A stretch of DNA of 64,000 nt from Planctomycetota bacterium (GTDB lineage: Bacteria; Planctomycetota; GCA-002687715; CAIWVZ01): positions 1,152,001 to 1,216,000 of the forward strand of contig JBGANV010000001.1 in assembly GCA_044222185.1 (NCBI GenBank), read 5' to 3'. Each line of letters begins with the position of its first letter. Positions within the stretch are counted from its first letter, which is position 1. This document shows positions 1 through 9,929 of this stretch, one piece after another. Position numbers and translations under genes: made by a program. The notes beneath the pieces were generated by a model. It made no database searches. It was not told where the DNA came from and saw only the letters and a list, made by a program, of their open reading frames with translations.

Positions 1-1
1 G

Positions 2-79
2 CCCACGCCGCCCGGCGGTGCAGCGGTGCTCGACGTCGATGGCCATCCGATGCATCTCGCGATCGAGAAGGCGTCATGA
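2..79 (+). CDS. 3' end of an upstream gene (partial; C-terminus loosely resembles that of type 2 isoleucyl-tRNA synthetases)
   Basis: Open frame PTPPGGAAVLDVDGHPMHLAIEKAS*, whose TGA (77-79) overlaps the purN ATG (ATGA coupling). The identity is a weak guess. Confidence 0.35.
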   Translation, partial: PTPPGGAAVLDVDGHPMHLAIEKAS

Positions 80-687
80 GACGGCTCCGCCTGGCGGTTC
101 TCGTCTCGGGAAGCGGGCGCAGCCTGCGCAACCTGCTCGAGCTGGGTGCCGTCGGGAACCTGCCGGGCCACGTGGATCTCGTGATCGCGTCGCGCCCCGA
201 CGCGGGCGCGCTCCACCATGCCCAGATCTTCGGTGTGCCCTCCAGGGTCTGCAAGACCGCGGAGGTCACGGCCGCACTCGACGCCGTCGATCCCGATCTC
301 GTCGTGATGGCGGGATACCTGAAGATGTGGCCCCTCCCCGCGCACTACGAGGGCCGTACGATCAACATTCACCCGTCGCTTCTCCCGCTGTTCGGGGGCA
401 AGGGCTTCTACGGACACCACGTCCACCAGGCCGTGATCGAGTCCGGCATGAAGGTCTCCGGCTGCACGGTGCATTTCGTGACCGCCGAGTACGACCAGGG
501 CCCGATCATCCTCCAACGCACGTGTCCGGTGCTCGACGACGATTCGGCCGATTCGCTCGCGACCCGGGTCTTCACGGAAGAGTTGAAGGCGCTGCCCGAG
601 GCCATTGCACTCTTCGCTGAAGAGCGCCTCCGCGTCGAGGGGCGCCGCGTGCGCGTGCTCTCGCCTCCCGATGGAATGAGAAGGTAG
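76..687 (+). CDS. purN: phosphoribosylglycinamide formyltransferase
   Basis: LAVLVSGSG, INIHPSLLP, GCTVHFVTAEYDQGPIILQ motifs; 203 aa. Confidence 0.96.
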   Translation: MRRLRLAVLVSGSGRSLRNLLELGAVGNLPGHVDLVIASRPDAGALHHAQIFGVPSRVCKTAEVTAALDAVDPDLVVMAGYLKMWPLPAHYEGRTINIHPSLLPLFGGKGFYGHHVHQAVIESGMKVSGCTVHFVTAEYDQGPIILQRTCPVLDDDSADSLATRVFTEELKALPEAIALFAEERLRVEGRRVRVLSPPDGMRR

Positions 688-694
688 GTTGCCC

Positions 695-2455
695 ATGGCC
701 GCGAGCCGCGCGACGAGGAACGCCGCGTCGATCCATCATTCGGTCGATTGCACGGCAACCGACACGCATCACGTGCGGGTCACCACACGGTTCCGCGGGT
801 TCGACGGCGAGGCGCTCGTCGCCGCCCTGCCCAACTGGACGCCCGGCAGCTACATGATCCGGGACTACGCTCGTCACGTACGGACGATCGTCGCGCGGGA
901 TCTGCGCGGACATCCGCTGCCGTGCGAGAAGGTCCGGAAGAACGCATGGCGGATCGCCCACGGTGGTCTCGAATTCACGCTCGAACTCGTGATCTTCGCG
1001 TTCGAGCTGACGGTGCGGACGTCCTACCTCGACGCGGAACGTGCGAGCCTGACGGGAGCATCGCTCTTCGTACACCCCGACGGTCGGACGGACCTGGGCG
1101 CAACGGTCTCCCTCGCACTTCCGAAGGGCTGGGGCGCAGAATGTGCGCTCCGACGTGACCGAGGCGGGAACTTCTCCGCGGCGAACTACGACGAGCTCGT
1201 CGACTCGCCGATCCTTGCCGGTCGCCTCCGCGTCGCATCATTCCGGGTCCACGGAATCGATCACCGCTTCGCCGTCGCGGGCGATGGGACTTTCCCGCTG
1301 GCCCAGGTCTGTCGCGACACGCACCGCATCATCGACGAAGCACGGAAGATCTTCGGGACGCTTCCATACGAGGACTTCCGTTTCCTCGTGAACCTGGGTC
1401 AGGACGCCGACGGCTCCGGCGGACTCGAGCACGCTCGGTCGACGGTGCTGCAGGTCCCGCGGTGGAGCCTGCGGGATGCCGCGCGCTACCGCACGTTCCT
1501 CGGCCTCGTCGCGCACGAATTCTTCCACGTCTGGAACGTGAAGAGGATCCACGATCGGGTCCTTGGGCCCTTCGACTACGAGCGCGAGACGCTCACGAGC
1601 CTGCTTTGGTTCCACGAAGGGTTCACCGCGTACTACGACGACCTGCTGCCTACGCGAGCAGGCGTGTTTTCCGTGAAGGACTGGCTGGAACTCCTCGCCG
1701 AGAACCTCAACGCGACACTGACGTTGGGTGGTGAGTCGGTCCAAAGCCTCTCCGAGTCGTCGATCGACGCATGGGTCAAGTTCTACAAGCGGAACGAAGA
1801 GAGTCGGAGCGCGACGGTCTCCTACTACACCAAGGGCTCGGCCTTCGCTCTCGTGCTCGACGCCGAGATCCGGCGGCGGACGTCGGACCGCCGCACGCTC
1901 GACGACGTCATGCGAACCCTCGATCGAGACGCAGGCAGGAAGAAGCCCCTCGACCGCGCGACGTTCGAGGACGCCGTGAGACGCGCCACCGGCGTGGGAT
2001 TCGGCGCCTTCATCCGGCGCTACGTCGACCGGCCGACGACGCTGCCCTTGCGACGCGCGCTCGCAACGCTCGGGCTCGTGCTTCGTCCCAAGGACGACCG
2101 GTACCGCCGACGCGCATGGCTCGGGGTCGTGAGTCGCACGGAGCCGACGCGGACGATCGTCGAGGAAGTCCTGACCGGGTCCCCCGCCGAGGCGGCCGGG
2201 ATTCATCCGCGGGATGAGTTCGTCGGCCTGGGCGGATGGCGCGTGGGGGGCGACCTCGAGGCCGTCCTCGCGCGGCATTCGCCCGGTGATACGATCGACG
2301 CCGTCCTCCTCCGGGGGGATCGCGTACTCACGCGCATCGTGCACCTGGGAGTGAATCCGCGGCCGCCGCTCGCCGTCAGCGTCGACCCGCGGGCGTCGGC
2401 CTCCGCCCGTCGGCGCTTCAGGTCATGGTGCGGGCAGGCCCTTCCGGAGCGTTGA
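695..2455 (+). CDS. M61 family (glycyl aminopeptidase-like) metallopeptidase with C-terminal PDZ domain
   Basis: LPNWTPGSYMIRDYAR, GGLEH, HEFFHVWNVKRI, LWFHEGFTAYY, SYYTKG; PDZ-like GSPAEAAGIHPRD. ATG at 695 chosen over TTG at 689. Confidence 0.93.
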   Translation: MAASRATRNAASIHHSVDCTATDTHHVRVTTRFRGFDGEALVAALPNWTPGSYMIRDYARHVRTIVARDLRGHPLPCEKVRKNAWRIAHGGLEFTLELVIFAFELTVRTSYLDAERASLTGASLFVHPDGRTDLGATVSLALPKGWGAECALRRDRGGNFSAANYDELVDSPILAGRLRVASFRVHGIDHRFAVAGDGTFPLAQVCRDTHRIIDEARKIFGTLPYEDFRFLVNLGQDADGSGGLEHARSTVLQVPRWSLRDAARYRTFLGLVAHEFFHVWNVKRIHDRVLGPFDYERETLTSLLWFHEGFTAYYDDLLPTRAGVFSVKDWLELLAENLNATLTLGGESVQSLSESSIDAWVKFYKRNEESRSATVSYYTKGSAFALVLDAEIRRRTSDRRTLDDVMRTLDRDAGRKKPLDRATFEDAVRRATGVGFGAFIRRYVDRPTTLPLRRALATLGLVLRPKDDRYRRRAWLGVVSRTEPTRTIVEEVLTGSPAEAAGIHPRDEFVGLGGWRVGGDLEAVLARHSPGDTIDAVLLRGDRVLTRIVHLGVNPRPPLAVSVDPRASASARRRFRSWCGQALPER

Positions 2456-2459
2456 CGAC

Positions 2460-2541
2460 GCGAGAGTGGCGAAATTGGCAGACGCGCCAGACTTAGGATC
2501 TGGTGGTGAAAACCGTGGGGGTTCAAGTCCCCCCTCTCGCA
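2460..2541 (+). tRNA. tRNA-Leu (anticodon TAG); CCA not encoded
   Basis: Acceptor stem GCGAGAG/CTCTCGC plus discriminator A; D arm TGGCGAAATTGGCAGACGC; anticodon arm CCAGA-CTTAGGA-TCTGG; long variable arm; T arm GGGGG-TTCAAGT-CCCCC. Confidence 0.96.
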
Positions 2542-2635
2542 TCCCTCGATGGCCGAATTCCACTTTCTTCGGCCAAAGTCGTCTATGCCGATCGAGGACG
2601 GGATCCGTACACCACTCCGTCTCCAGCAGGTCAAG

Positions 2636-4396
2636 ATGCCTACCAAGTTGCACGGGTCGCCGCTGGCCTCGTTGAGCCGGCTCGTTTTCGCATTGGTCCT
2701 GACCGTCATTCCACTGACGGCGCACGGCGGGAGCTACTCGGGACCGCGCAACCCCGGTGGAAACTCGGGATCCCCTGGCGGCGTCGGCGGTCGAACCGGT
2801 GGCCGGGCACTCGGCGGAGTGACGCCGGTCCCCAATGCCGGTGCCAGCGACGTCGCGAAGTGGGAATCCTGGTGGGCGCTGAACAAAGAGGAATTCCTCC
2901 CGGCGACTGGCGCCGCGACGAGCGGCACGCCGCTTCCCGGCTACGCCGCTTCCACGCCCCGCCCGCTCACGCCGGAAGAGGTGCGGACGCACGTCATTCC
3001 GGTCCTCCAGAAGGCGCTGACCGACAAGGAAACCAACCTGCGAGACAGCGCCGCGATTGCCCTCGGCAAATGCGGTGACGTGCGCGACGTCGCAGCACTC
3101 CTGACCGCGCTCGGGGACAAGGACCGGACCGTGGTCGAGGGCGCGATCATCGGACTGGGACTCCTGGGCGACCCGCGCGCGGAAAAGAAGCTCGTGGAGA
3201 TCTTCCAGGACAGGAGCGAGCACATGAGGTCGCGTGGAATCGCGGCGATCGCTCTCGGTTACTCCGGCGGAGACCTGGCCCAGAAGGCCCTCTTCGATGG
3301 CCTCGGAAGCGAGCTCTCCGGGGGCGACGGCAGCAAGCTCAACGCATCGCAGATCGAGAGCGCCCGGCTCGTCGGCGCGGCGTTGTGGGCCGGGGCCGAC
3401 CAGCCCGGCGGAAGCGACGACCGCTCGGCACTCGTGGCGGCGCTCATGCAGCGGGCGCTGGACCTGGGCGTGGTGAAGGATCGGAGGTTTCTCGGGATCG
3501 GAGTCGCGGCACTGTCCAAGCCCCGTGACCACGGCTCCCTCAAGCACGTCCTGGCGGCCCTCGGCGACTCCCGATCGGACGTTCGCGCAGGCGGAGCGAT
3601 CGCCGCGGGCCGCGTCATCCGCACGGACGACAAGAAGAGCATCCAGGCATTGATCGCCGCCTTGGGAAGCGAGGGCGACTTCTTCGCCAAACGCATGATG
3701 CTGATGGCCCTGGGCCGGATCGGCGGAATCGAGGCGCAGAAGCAGCTGCTCCTCGAGCTGGACGACAAGGATCGCCAGCATCGCTCGTTCGCAGCCTTGG
3801 CCCTCGCCGTCTCCGGCGCCACCGCCGTCGCGCCGCGACTTCGCGCCGAGCTCGAGAAGGGCAACGACGAGAGCCTCCGCGGAGCCATGGTGATCTCGCT
3901 CGGAATCCTCCGAGACGGTGATGCGGCCAAGACCGTCGGTGCCCTCGTCGAGAAGGAATCCGGCCCCGAGCTTCTCTCGCACTGCATGTGGTTCTACGCG
4001 CTGACGCGTGACCGGTCGGCCGTGCCTGCCATCGAGAAGACGCTTCTTCATGCGCGGACACCCGAGTTGCAGGCTGCCGCCGCGGTGACTCTCGGTCTGC
4101 TCGGTTCGGTCGACTCGATCCCGACGCTGGTCAAACTGTTGAACGACTCGGGGACGATCAACGTGAAGGGGGCGGTCGCGACGGCCCTCGGCCGCATGGG
4201 TGACCGGCGCGCCTTCGACGCCTTGAGGAAGATCATCGAGAACCCATCCGAGCAGCCACTGGCGCGCGCGTTCGCCGTGGTCGGCCTGGGCATCCTCGCA
4301 CAGCGCAACCCATGGCCGCCGTTCTCGCGAATCGCCATCGACGGCCATTACGGCCTCACGAACGAAGCCGTCGACGAACTACGCGACCTCCTCTGA
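2636..4396 (+). CDS. exported HEAT-repeat protein
   Basis: Signal-like hydrophobic segment, then HGGSYSGP, a Gly-rich linker, WESWWALN and about 10 HEAT-like repeats (LRDSAAIALGKCGD, VKGAVATALGRMGD). Start uncertain (2549, 2585 or 2636). Confidence 0.8.
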   Translation: MPTKLHGSPLASLSRLVFALVLTVIPLTAHGGSYSGPRNPGGNSGSPGGVGGRTGGRALGGVTPVPNAGASDVAKWESWWALNKEEFLPATGAATSGTPLPGYAASTPRPLTPEEVRTHVIPVLQKALTDKETNLRDSAAIALGKCGDVRDVAALLTALGDKDRTVVEGAIIGLGLLGDPRAEKKLVEIFQDRSEHMRSRGIAAIALGYSGGDLAQKALFDGLGSELSGGDGSKLNASQIESARLVGAALWAGADQPGGSDDRSALVAALMQRALDLGVVKDRRFLGIGVAALSKPRDHGSLKHVLAALGDSRSDVRAGGAIAAGRVIRTDDKKSIQALIAALGSEGDFFAKRMMLMALGRIGGIEAQKQLLLELDDKDRQHRSFAALALAVSGATAVAPRLRAELEKGNDESLRGAMVISLGILRDGDAAKTVGALVEKESGPELLSHCMWFYALTRDRSAVPAIEKTLLHARTPELQAAAAVTLGLLGSVDSIPTLVKLLNDSGTINVKGAVATALGRMGDRRAFDALRKIIENPSEQPLARAFAVVGLGILAQRNPWPPFSRIAIDGHYGLTNEAVDELRDLL

Positions 4397-4552
4397 TCGG
4401 TGTCGCCGCGCGCCCGGCGATCACCGCGCGTCGGTGGAATCACTGACGCGAAAGACACCGTCCCGGCCGATCCTGACGCGCTGGCCCACGTGGCTCGGCC
4501 CCTCGAGAATCTCGATTTCGGTCCCGCAACGCGGAACCTCGACGCCGAGGCT

Positions 4553-7159
4553 TCACCCGACGGGGATTCGCCCACCCCCCGGAGCCACCTCCGTCAGGGG
4601 TATGGCGAAGCCGGACCCGCCGGGTACGTACGCCTCCCCTTCACGGACGTCGCGCGGCCCGGCGGCAACCCAGCGGATGCGCCACAGCTCCTCGGACGGC
4701 GGCATCACGAAGCGCAGGGGCGTGGGCTCGAATGACACGAGGCGAAGGAGGTGGTTCGAATCCGCGGGCATCGAGAACCCCAGCGGCGTGCCCGTGGAAC
4801 CATCGGGTCGCCGAACGCTGGCGCGCCATTGCCCTGCAGGAAGCCGGAGAGTCATGCGCCCGCCGCGGGGCACGAGTCCTGACGACGGAGGACGCAACCG
4901 CGGGCCGTCCAGCCGAGTGGGATCGACTCGTTCGACGACGACCGGAAGATCGAGGTCGTTGCCGGTCGCCAGGTCCGCGACCTCGAAGGTTGCGGTCCAA
5001 TGCGGGATGACTGCCTGGGCGGTTCCATCGCCACGGAGCGTGATCGACTCGACTTTCATCGCACCGAGCCACGATGGCCCCCGACCGACGATCTCGGAGT
5101 CCCGCCCGACGGCACCGGCGATCCGAGCCACCCCGTCGACGCCGGTGAATGACGACACCCCGGTCGCGCGCTCGCCCGAGAGGACGCTGTCCCAGCCGCT
5201 GAGCGGCGCGCCGGTCGCGTCGCTGCGGAGCATGACCTCCCACCCACCGAGCGGAGCCCCGTTCTCGTCGACGAGCTTGAGAGACGTGATCCTGGGCGGC
5301 GTCACCGTGATGGCGACCTTCGTCGTCCCCTCCACGAGGACTTCGTCCCGGTAGACCTGGACGCCATCGACCTCGATACGGCAGACGTAGCTCCCGTCGG
5401 GCAGGTTCAGTCGGGCCCATCCGTCCGGATCGGTGAGCACGTCGAAGACGCGGCCGGGCGCTGCCGCGGTGCCCGTGGGATCGCGTCTCTCCATGCGCAC
5501 CCGTGCGTTCACGTTCATGCCCGCTGGATCGACGACGTGGATCCCCGCCGAGCGCGCCTCCGGCACGGTGAGCTCGGCGACGCCATCCATGAGCTGGAAC
5601 GCGACCGGCGCGATCGCCAATGCCCCCGTGGCGCCCATGGCCATCGCAGACATGTCGACGTTTCGCGGAAGTCCATCGAAAGACGCGAGCCCGCGGTCGT
5701 CCGTCGCAAGCTCGGCGAAGCCACCGCCCTGAAACTCCAGGCGCACGAGGCCCCTCCATGGGGCATCTCCGGTGGCCCTGGCATGGACACGCACCGAGGC
5801 GCCGAGCCCGCGTTCGAGCGCGAGGGTCGCCGACACGGAATGTCCCGGGATCACCTCCAACCCCCGCGTGGCGGTCACGCGACCGGATGACCGAACCTCG
5901 AACGCACGGACGCCCGACGGAACACGGTCCGCGACGTACTCGCCGTCGATGAACCGCCATGCGAGTGGCGCGTCGGCCGGACCACCCCATCGCCACGGCC
6001 GCAGAGCGATCTGCGCATCGGCGATCGGCTTGCCGTCCTCTTTGTCGATCACCTTCAAACGCACACTGCCGCCGGCTCCGACCACGACCGTCTGCTGCGC
6101 TGCGACGAGCGCCAGTGGAACCACCACGGTCGCAAACTCGGGATGCTCGATCGTCGCGAGTTGAGCCTTCCCGTCCGCCGTTGCGCGGCTTCCCCGAATC
6201 TTGATCCGGCCGTCGGAAGACGTGACGCCGAGTGGAACGACTCCCATGGAAACGTTCGCGCCCGACACGGGTTCATAGAGCTCGGTGACGACCGCCAGCT
6301 CGAGGTCCGGAACGACGGCGGGCGCCGCGAAAGGTCCACAGCCGACGACCTCCGGCTCGAACGGCTTCGGGACGATCGCCGGCGGCGCGACCGTCCAGTG
6401 CAGGGAGGGTGGCGCGATCGGCGCACCGCCGGCCCCGGGCACCTCCTGCGGGACGGCCGCATTGGACGCGACCGTCGAATCCTCGTGCCTCGGTCCCACG
6501 GGTGAATCGTCCCGGAGCGCGGCGGTTGCGAGCCAGACGATCGCGCCGATGACGACCGCAAGGCTCGCGACGGCGGCCCCGCGCGGAATCACGCGCCCTG
6601 GCCGGATGCCTCCTCCCGCGACGACGAACAAAGCCGTCGTCCATTGGTGCTCGCCGTCACCCCAGCGCGAGCGCGCGCGATCCCGCAGGCGATCGAGGCC
6701 GCGCATGAGTTGCACCCGGACCGTCGATGCCGGAACCCCCATGTCCGACGCGATCTCGGCCGGAGTCATGTCCCGGAAGAACCTCATCAGGATGACCGTC
6801 CGATAGGGAGCCTCGAGCGCCAGCACCTCGTCCACGAGTTCCCGATGCAGCATGGCCTGGCGGACCATCTCGTCGGGCATCGCCGTGGCCTGGCGCGACG
6901 ATGCCATGCCTTCACGGCGACTGCGGCGCCCGGCAGCCCGCAGATGCATCCATGCGAAATTCCGAACGACCTGGCGCAGCCACGGCCGCAGCGGCCTCCC
7001 CACCGCTGGCGGGTGCGAGATCGCCGCGAGCCACGCTTCCTGGACCACGTCGTCCGCGGCCGCGGGGTCACGCAACAGGGAGCGCGCGAGCGATCGGACC
7101 CAGCGTTCCTCCGCCAGGAGCCTCGAGATGTCGTCAGTCGTTGGGGGCCTGGGTTCCAT
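4553..7159 (-). CDS. ECF sigma factor fused to a transmembrane helix and a large extracytoplasmic beta-sandwich (carboxypeptidase-regulatory-like) extension
   Basis: Region 2 (AADDVVQEAWLAA, LRPWLRQVVRN), region 4 (EIASDMGVPASTVRVQLMRG), TM AAVASLAVVIGAIVWLATAAL, then repeated TDxxGxA beta modules. Confidence 0.88.
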   Translation of the reverse strand: MEPRPPTTDDISRLLAEERWVRSLARSLLRDPAAADDVVQEAWLAAISHPPAVGRPLRPWLRQVVRNFAWMHLRAAGRRSRREGMASSRQATAMPDEMVRQAMLHRELVDEVLALEAPYRTVILMRFFRDMTPAEIASDMGVPASTVRVQLMRGLDRLRDRARSRWGDGEHQWTTALFVVAGGGIRPGRVIPRGAAVASLAVVIGAIVWLATAALRDDSPVGPRHEDSTVASNAAVPQEVPGAGGAPIAPPSLHWTVAPPAIVPKPFEPEVVGCGPFAAPAVVPDLELAVVTELYEPVSGANVSMGVVPLGVTSSDGRIKIRGSRATADGKAQLATIEHPEFATVVVPLALVAAQQTVVVGAGGSVRLKVIDKEDGKPIADAQIALRPWRWGGPADAPLAWRFIDGEYVADRVPSGVRAFEVRSSGRVTATRGLEVIPGHSVSATLALERGLGASVRVHARATGDAPWRGLVRLEFQGGGFAELATDDRGLASFDGLPRNVDMSAMAMGATGALAIAPVAFQLMDGVAELTVPEARSAGIHVVDPAGMNVNARVRMERRDPTGTAAAPGRVFDVLTDPDGWARLNLPDGSYVCRIEVDGVQVYRDEVLVEGTTKVAITVTPPRITSLKLVDENGAPLGGWEVMLRSDATGAPLSGWDSVLSGERATGVSSFTGVDGVARIAGAVGRDSEIVGRGPSWLGAMKVESITLRGDGTAQAVIPHWTATFEVADLATGNDLDLPVVVERVDPTRLDGPRLRPPSSGLVPRGGRMTLRLPAGQWRASVRRPDGSTGTPLGFSMPADSNHLLRLVSFEPTPLRFVMPPSEELWRIRWVAAGPRDVREGEAYVPGGSGFAIPLTEVAPGGGRIPVG

Positions 7160-7234
7160 GCGGAGTCAGATTATGCCGCCCACGTCCCCGGCGTTTCGCA
7201 ACTGGTAGGATCCGCCACCCCCGAGAGCCTGAAC

Positions 7235-8647
7235 ATGCGCACTGTCCGTCCTTTCCTTGCATTCTGCCTGATCGTCGCCGCAACCCGTGCTCAGACGCAG
7301 GTCTCGACTCAGGATCTCTGGGCCCTCGACATCGCCTCGAACCAGATCGCGGTCCTCAACGGTGGGGGCGGCTTCACGGGGACGGTCATCCCGCTTCAGG
7401 GCACCGGTTCGGCGCGCGGCCTCGCCTTTGCCCCGTCCGGCCTCTGCTACGTGGCCCGCGGAAACGACGTTCGGACGTACGACGGCACCACGTCGACCGT
7501 GTTCGCCAGCAACTCGAATGGCATCGATCAAGCCCAGGACGTGGCCGTCCGACCCGGGACGGCCAACGAGGTCTGGGTCGCCTGCGGAACGAGCACGACC
7601 AACAGCAAGGTGATCCGTTTCGGCGCGAACGGCACCGTGATCTCGACGCTCACCGATCCGAACCTCATCCATCCACGGCGCATCGCGTGGAATCAGACTG
7701 GATCGACCCTGTACGTCCTCAGCAACGTCAACAAGCGGATCTTCAGCCTCGACGCGACGTCCGGCACATTCACGCAATTGGCGAATCTCACGACGGCGAA
7801 CGTGGCACCCATCGGCCTGACGTTCGACGTCACGCGAAATGCTCTCTGGGTCGTGGGGGACTTCGGTGTCACGGGTGACGTGGGTCGCGTCACCATCGCC
7901 ACGGGGACGTACACCCCGGTCATCACGTCCGGCACCATCGCGGGCATGGCTGCACCGGCGAACGTCTGGTTCGACCGCTTCCGGGTCCTGAACGTCGTCT
8001 CGCGCGCGCTGAACGGCGGGACCACGGGAATCTACCGCTTCGACGCCTCGACCGGCTCGACTCCCATCCACCTGACCGACGTCACGACGACGGGTACGAC
8101 CAGTTTCATCGACGTGCGCGGCCGTCCCGAACTCGTGGGAATCGGCGCCCCGTCGTCCTCCCCGAACAACTACGTGCTCTCAGCCAGCGCGACGGCTCCG
8201 GTGCCCATCTCGAACCCGATCACGTTCCACGTGCCGAGGGCGGCGAACCGGATCTACGCAGCCGCGTTGAGCCCGCTCTGGGCGACGGCGTGCGATCCAT
8301 ACGTACCCGGCGCACTCGAGCCCGTGCTCCGGATCCCCGCGCCGGACGCTCGCGGGATTCCGCTGAGCCTGTCGGACGGCGGCCTGCTGCTCCAGGCGAC
8401 GGCGGGAGTCTGCTGCGACCCCGCGACGGGCTTCCCCGTGAGCCTGTTCCTGACCGTGAGCGGCTTCGTCGGGGTCCTCGACGCCAACGGCGATGCCAAC
8501 GCGACGATCAGCATTCAGCCGAACCCGCCGGTCGCGCTCAACGGGTTCCAGATGTCGCTCGCACTCGTGACCGTCGACCCGTCGGTGCCGAGCGGCTTCG
8601 GCCGGATCAGTGACCCGATCTGCCTGACGATCAACATCGGACCATGA
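7235..8647 (+). CDS. secreted beta-propeller (NHL/SMP-30-like) protein with a C-terminal beta domain
   Basis: Signal peptide MRTVRPFLAFCLIVAATRA-Q; blade-like repeats (ARGLAFAPSG, AQDVAVRPG, PRRIAWNQTG, PIGLTFD). ATG 7235 is the likely start within ORF 6644-8647. Confidence 0.75.
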   Translation: MRTVRPFLAFCLIVAATRAQTQVSTQDLWALDIASNQIAVLNGGGGFTGTVIPLQGTGSARGLAFAPSGLCYVARGNDVRTYDGTTSTVFASNSNGIDQAQDVAVRPGTANEVWVACGTSTTNSKVIRFGANGTVISTLTDPNLIHPRRIAWNQTGSTLYVLSNVNKRIFSLDATSGTFTQLANLTTANVAPIGLTFDVTRNALWVVGDFGVTGDVGRVTIATGTYTPVITSGTIAGMAAPANVWFDRFRVLNVVSRALNGGTTGIYRFDASTGSTPIHLTDVTTTGTTSFIDVRGRPELVGIGAPSSSPNNYVLSASATAPVPISNPITFHVPRAANRIYAAALSPLWATACDPYVPGALEPVLRIPAPDARGIPLSLSDGGLLLQATAGVCCDPATGFPVSLFLTVSGFVGVLDANGDANATISIQPNPPVALNGFQMSLALVTVDPSVPSGFGRISDPICLTINIGP

Positions 8648-8681
8648 CCGCTGCGCGCCGTGGCGCTGGCGCGCGCGCCGG

Positions 8682-9929
8682 TCAGAAGTCGCCGTCGCTC
8701 ATCTTGAAGTGGTGCTTCAACCGCAGGCGCCAGGTCTCGTCCACCGCCCCATCCACCAGCTTTTCGAGCGTTCGTTGGATGCCCGCGGCTCCCGAGTTGA
8801 TCAGCCAATCGCCGAGCGCGTAGCGGTATCGGGTCTCCAGGTCGGCGGATCCGATGAGCTCCGGTAGGACGGCGAGCGCCTCGGGTGTCGGCCGCATGGC
8901 GACGTCCCAGATGATGTGGCGCCGCGTCGCCCGACTGTCGGGGCCGTTCGCCTCGTGGAACATGGCGACGAGGCGGTCCAGGGCCTTTCGATCACCCATG
9001 CGGTGGAGTCCGCCGACGGCGATCTCCACGAGGTCGCGCGGCGCCGTCGGGTCGGCGGCGACGTCCTCGAAGAGCTTGCGTGAACGCTCGTCGCGCGCGC
9101 TTCGAAGCCCCTCCAACGCCACGTCGCGGGCCGGCCCGGACTTCGCTTCCGCGGCAAGCCGGGGGAACGCCTCGGCACCGCCGACCTCCGCAAGCAGCTG
9201 CACGGCGATCCTCCGCTCGGAGGCATTGGCGGCCGATTCGACCCACGCCGAAATCAGGGGAACCGCGACGGCACGATCGGGCTGCAAGAGATCGCGAACG
9301 GCCCGGCGACGGCAAGCGAGGTCGTCGTGGCGCCCGGCCGGAGGCGATCCCACGTCGGACGCAAGCGCCAGCCTCACGCGCTGGATGAATCCGTCGAGCA
9401 CGTTGGCCGGCTGGATCGGGCTGTCGTTGCCGCGAGCGTCCAGGATGACCTGGGCCCGAGCCTCCGAAAGACGAGCCCGACCGAGCCGGGCTTGAAGCCC
9501 GTCGATCTCGGCCGTCGCGACCACGTCGTCGTAGCTCGCATAAAGCAGGCTCGGGGTCTCGTCGACGTCCCCGCCACCGGTCGTCGCACCGCCGTTCGTT
9601 CCGGCGAGCGGAGGCCCTTCGCCGCCGGTGTGCCGCGGCACGCGTCCGGACGTCTGGAGGCGCCCAACGCCGAAGCCGACCAGGATGAGGGCTGCCGCCG
9701 CCGCGGTCCGCCACGCCACCGGCGTCCAGCGACGGCGCGGAGCCTCCTGCGGCACCGCGAAGGCACGCGGGAGCGCCTCGCCCAGGCGAATGTCCTCGCC
9801 CAGGTAGGCAGCGCATGCCGGGCAGTCCAGGAGGTGGTCGGTGATGAAGACCTCGGCCTCGGGCCCGAGTCCCCCGTCGAGGAACTCGTCGAACTGCGCA
9901 CGCGCCTTCTGGCAGAGAACGGGGTTCAT
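8682..9929 (-). CDS. zinc-binding anti-sigma factor (zf-HC2) with TM helix and HEAT-repeat C-terminus
   Basis: CQKARAQFDEFLDG...HLLDCPAC (HxxxCxxC), TM AAAAALILVGFGVG, HEAT-like repeats. ATG overlaps the sigma-factor stop. Confidence 0.85.
   Translation of the reverse strand: MNPVLCQKARAQFDEFLDGGLGPEAEVFITDHLLDCPACAAYLGEDIRLGEALPRAFAVPQEAPRRRWTPVAWRTAAAAALILVGFGVGRLQTSGRVPRHTGGEGPPLAGTNGGATTGGGDVDETPSLLYASYDDVVATAEIDGLQARLGRARLSEARAQVILDARGNDSPIQPANVLDGFIQRVRLALASDVGSPPAGRHDDLACRRRAVRDLLQPDRAVAVPLISAWVESAANASERRIAVQLLAEVGGAEAFPRLAAEAKSGPARDVALEGLRSARDERSRKLFEDVAADPTAPRDLVEIAVGGLHRMGDRKALDRLVAMFHEANGPDSRATRRHIIWDVAMRPTPEALAVLPELIGSADLETRYRYALGDWLINSGAAGIQRTLEKLVDGAVDETWRLRLKHHFKMSDGDF

Noticed and set aside
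2460-2541. tRNA-Leu as the integration site of a genomic island
   Set aside because: I saw no integrase, no duplicated tRNA 3' end and no obvious compositional shift in the window.
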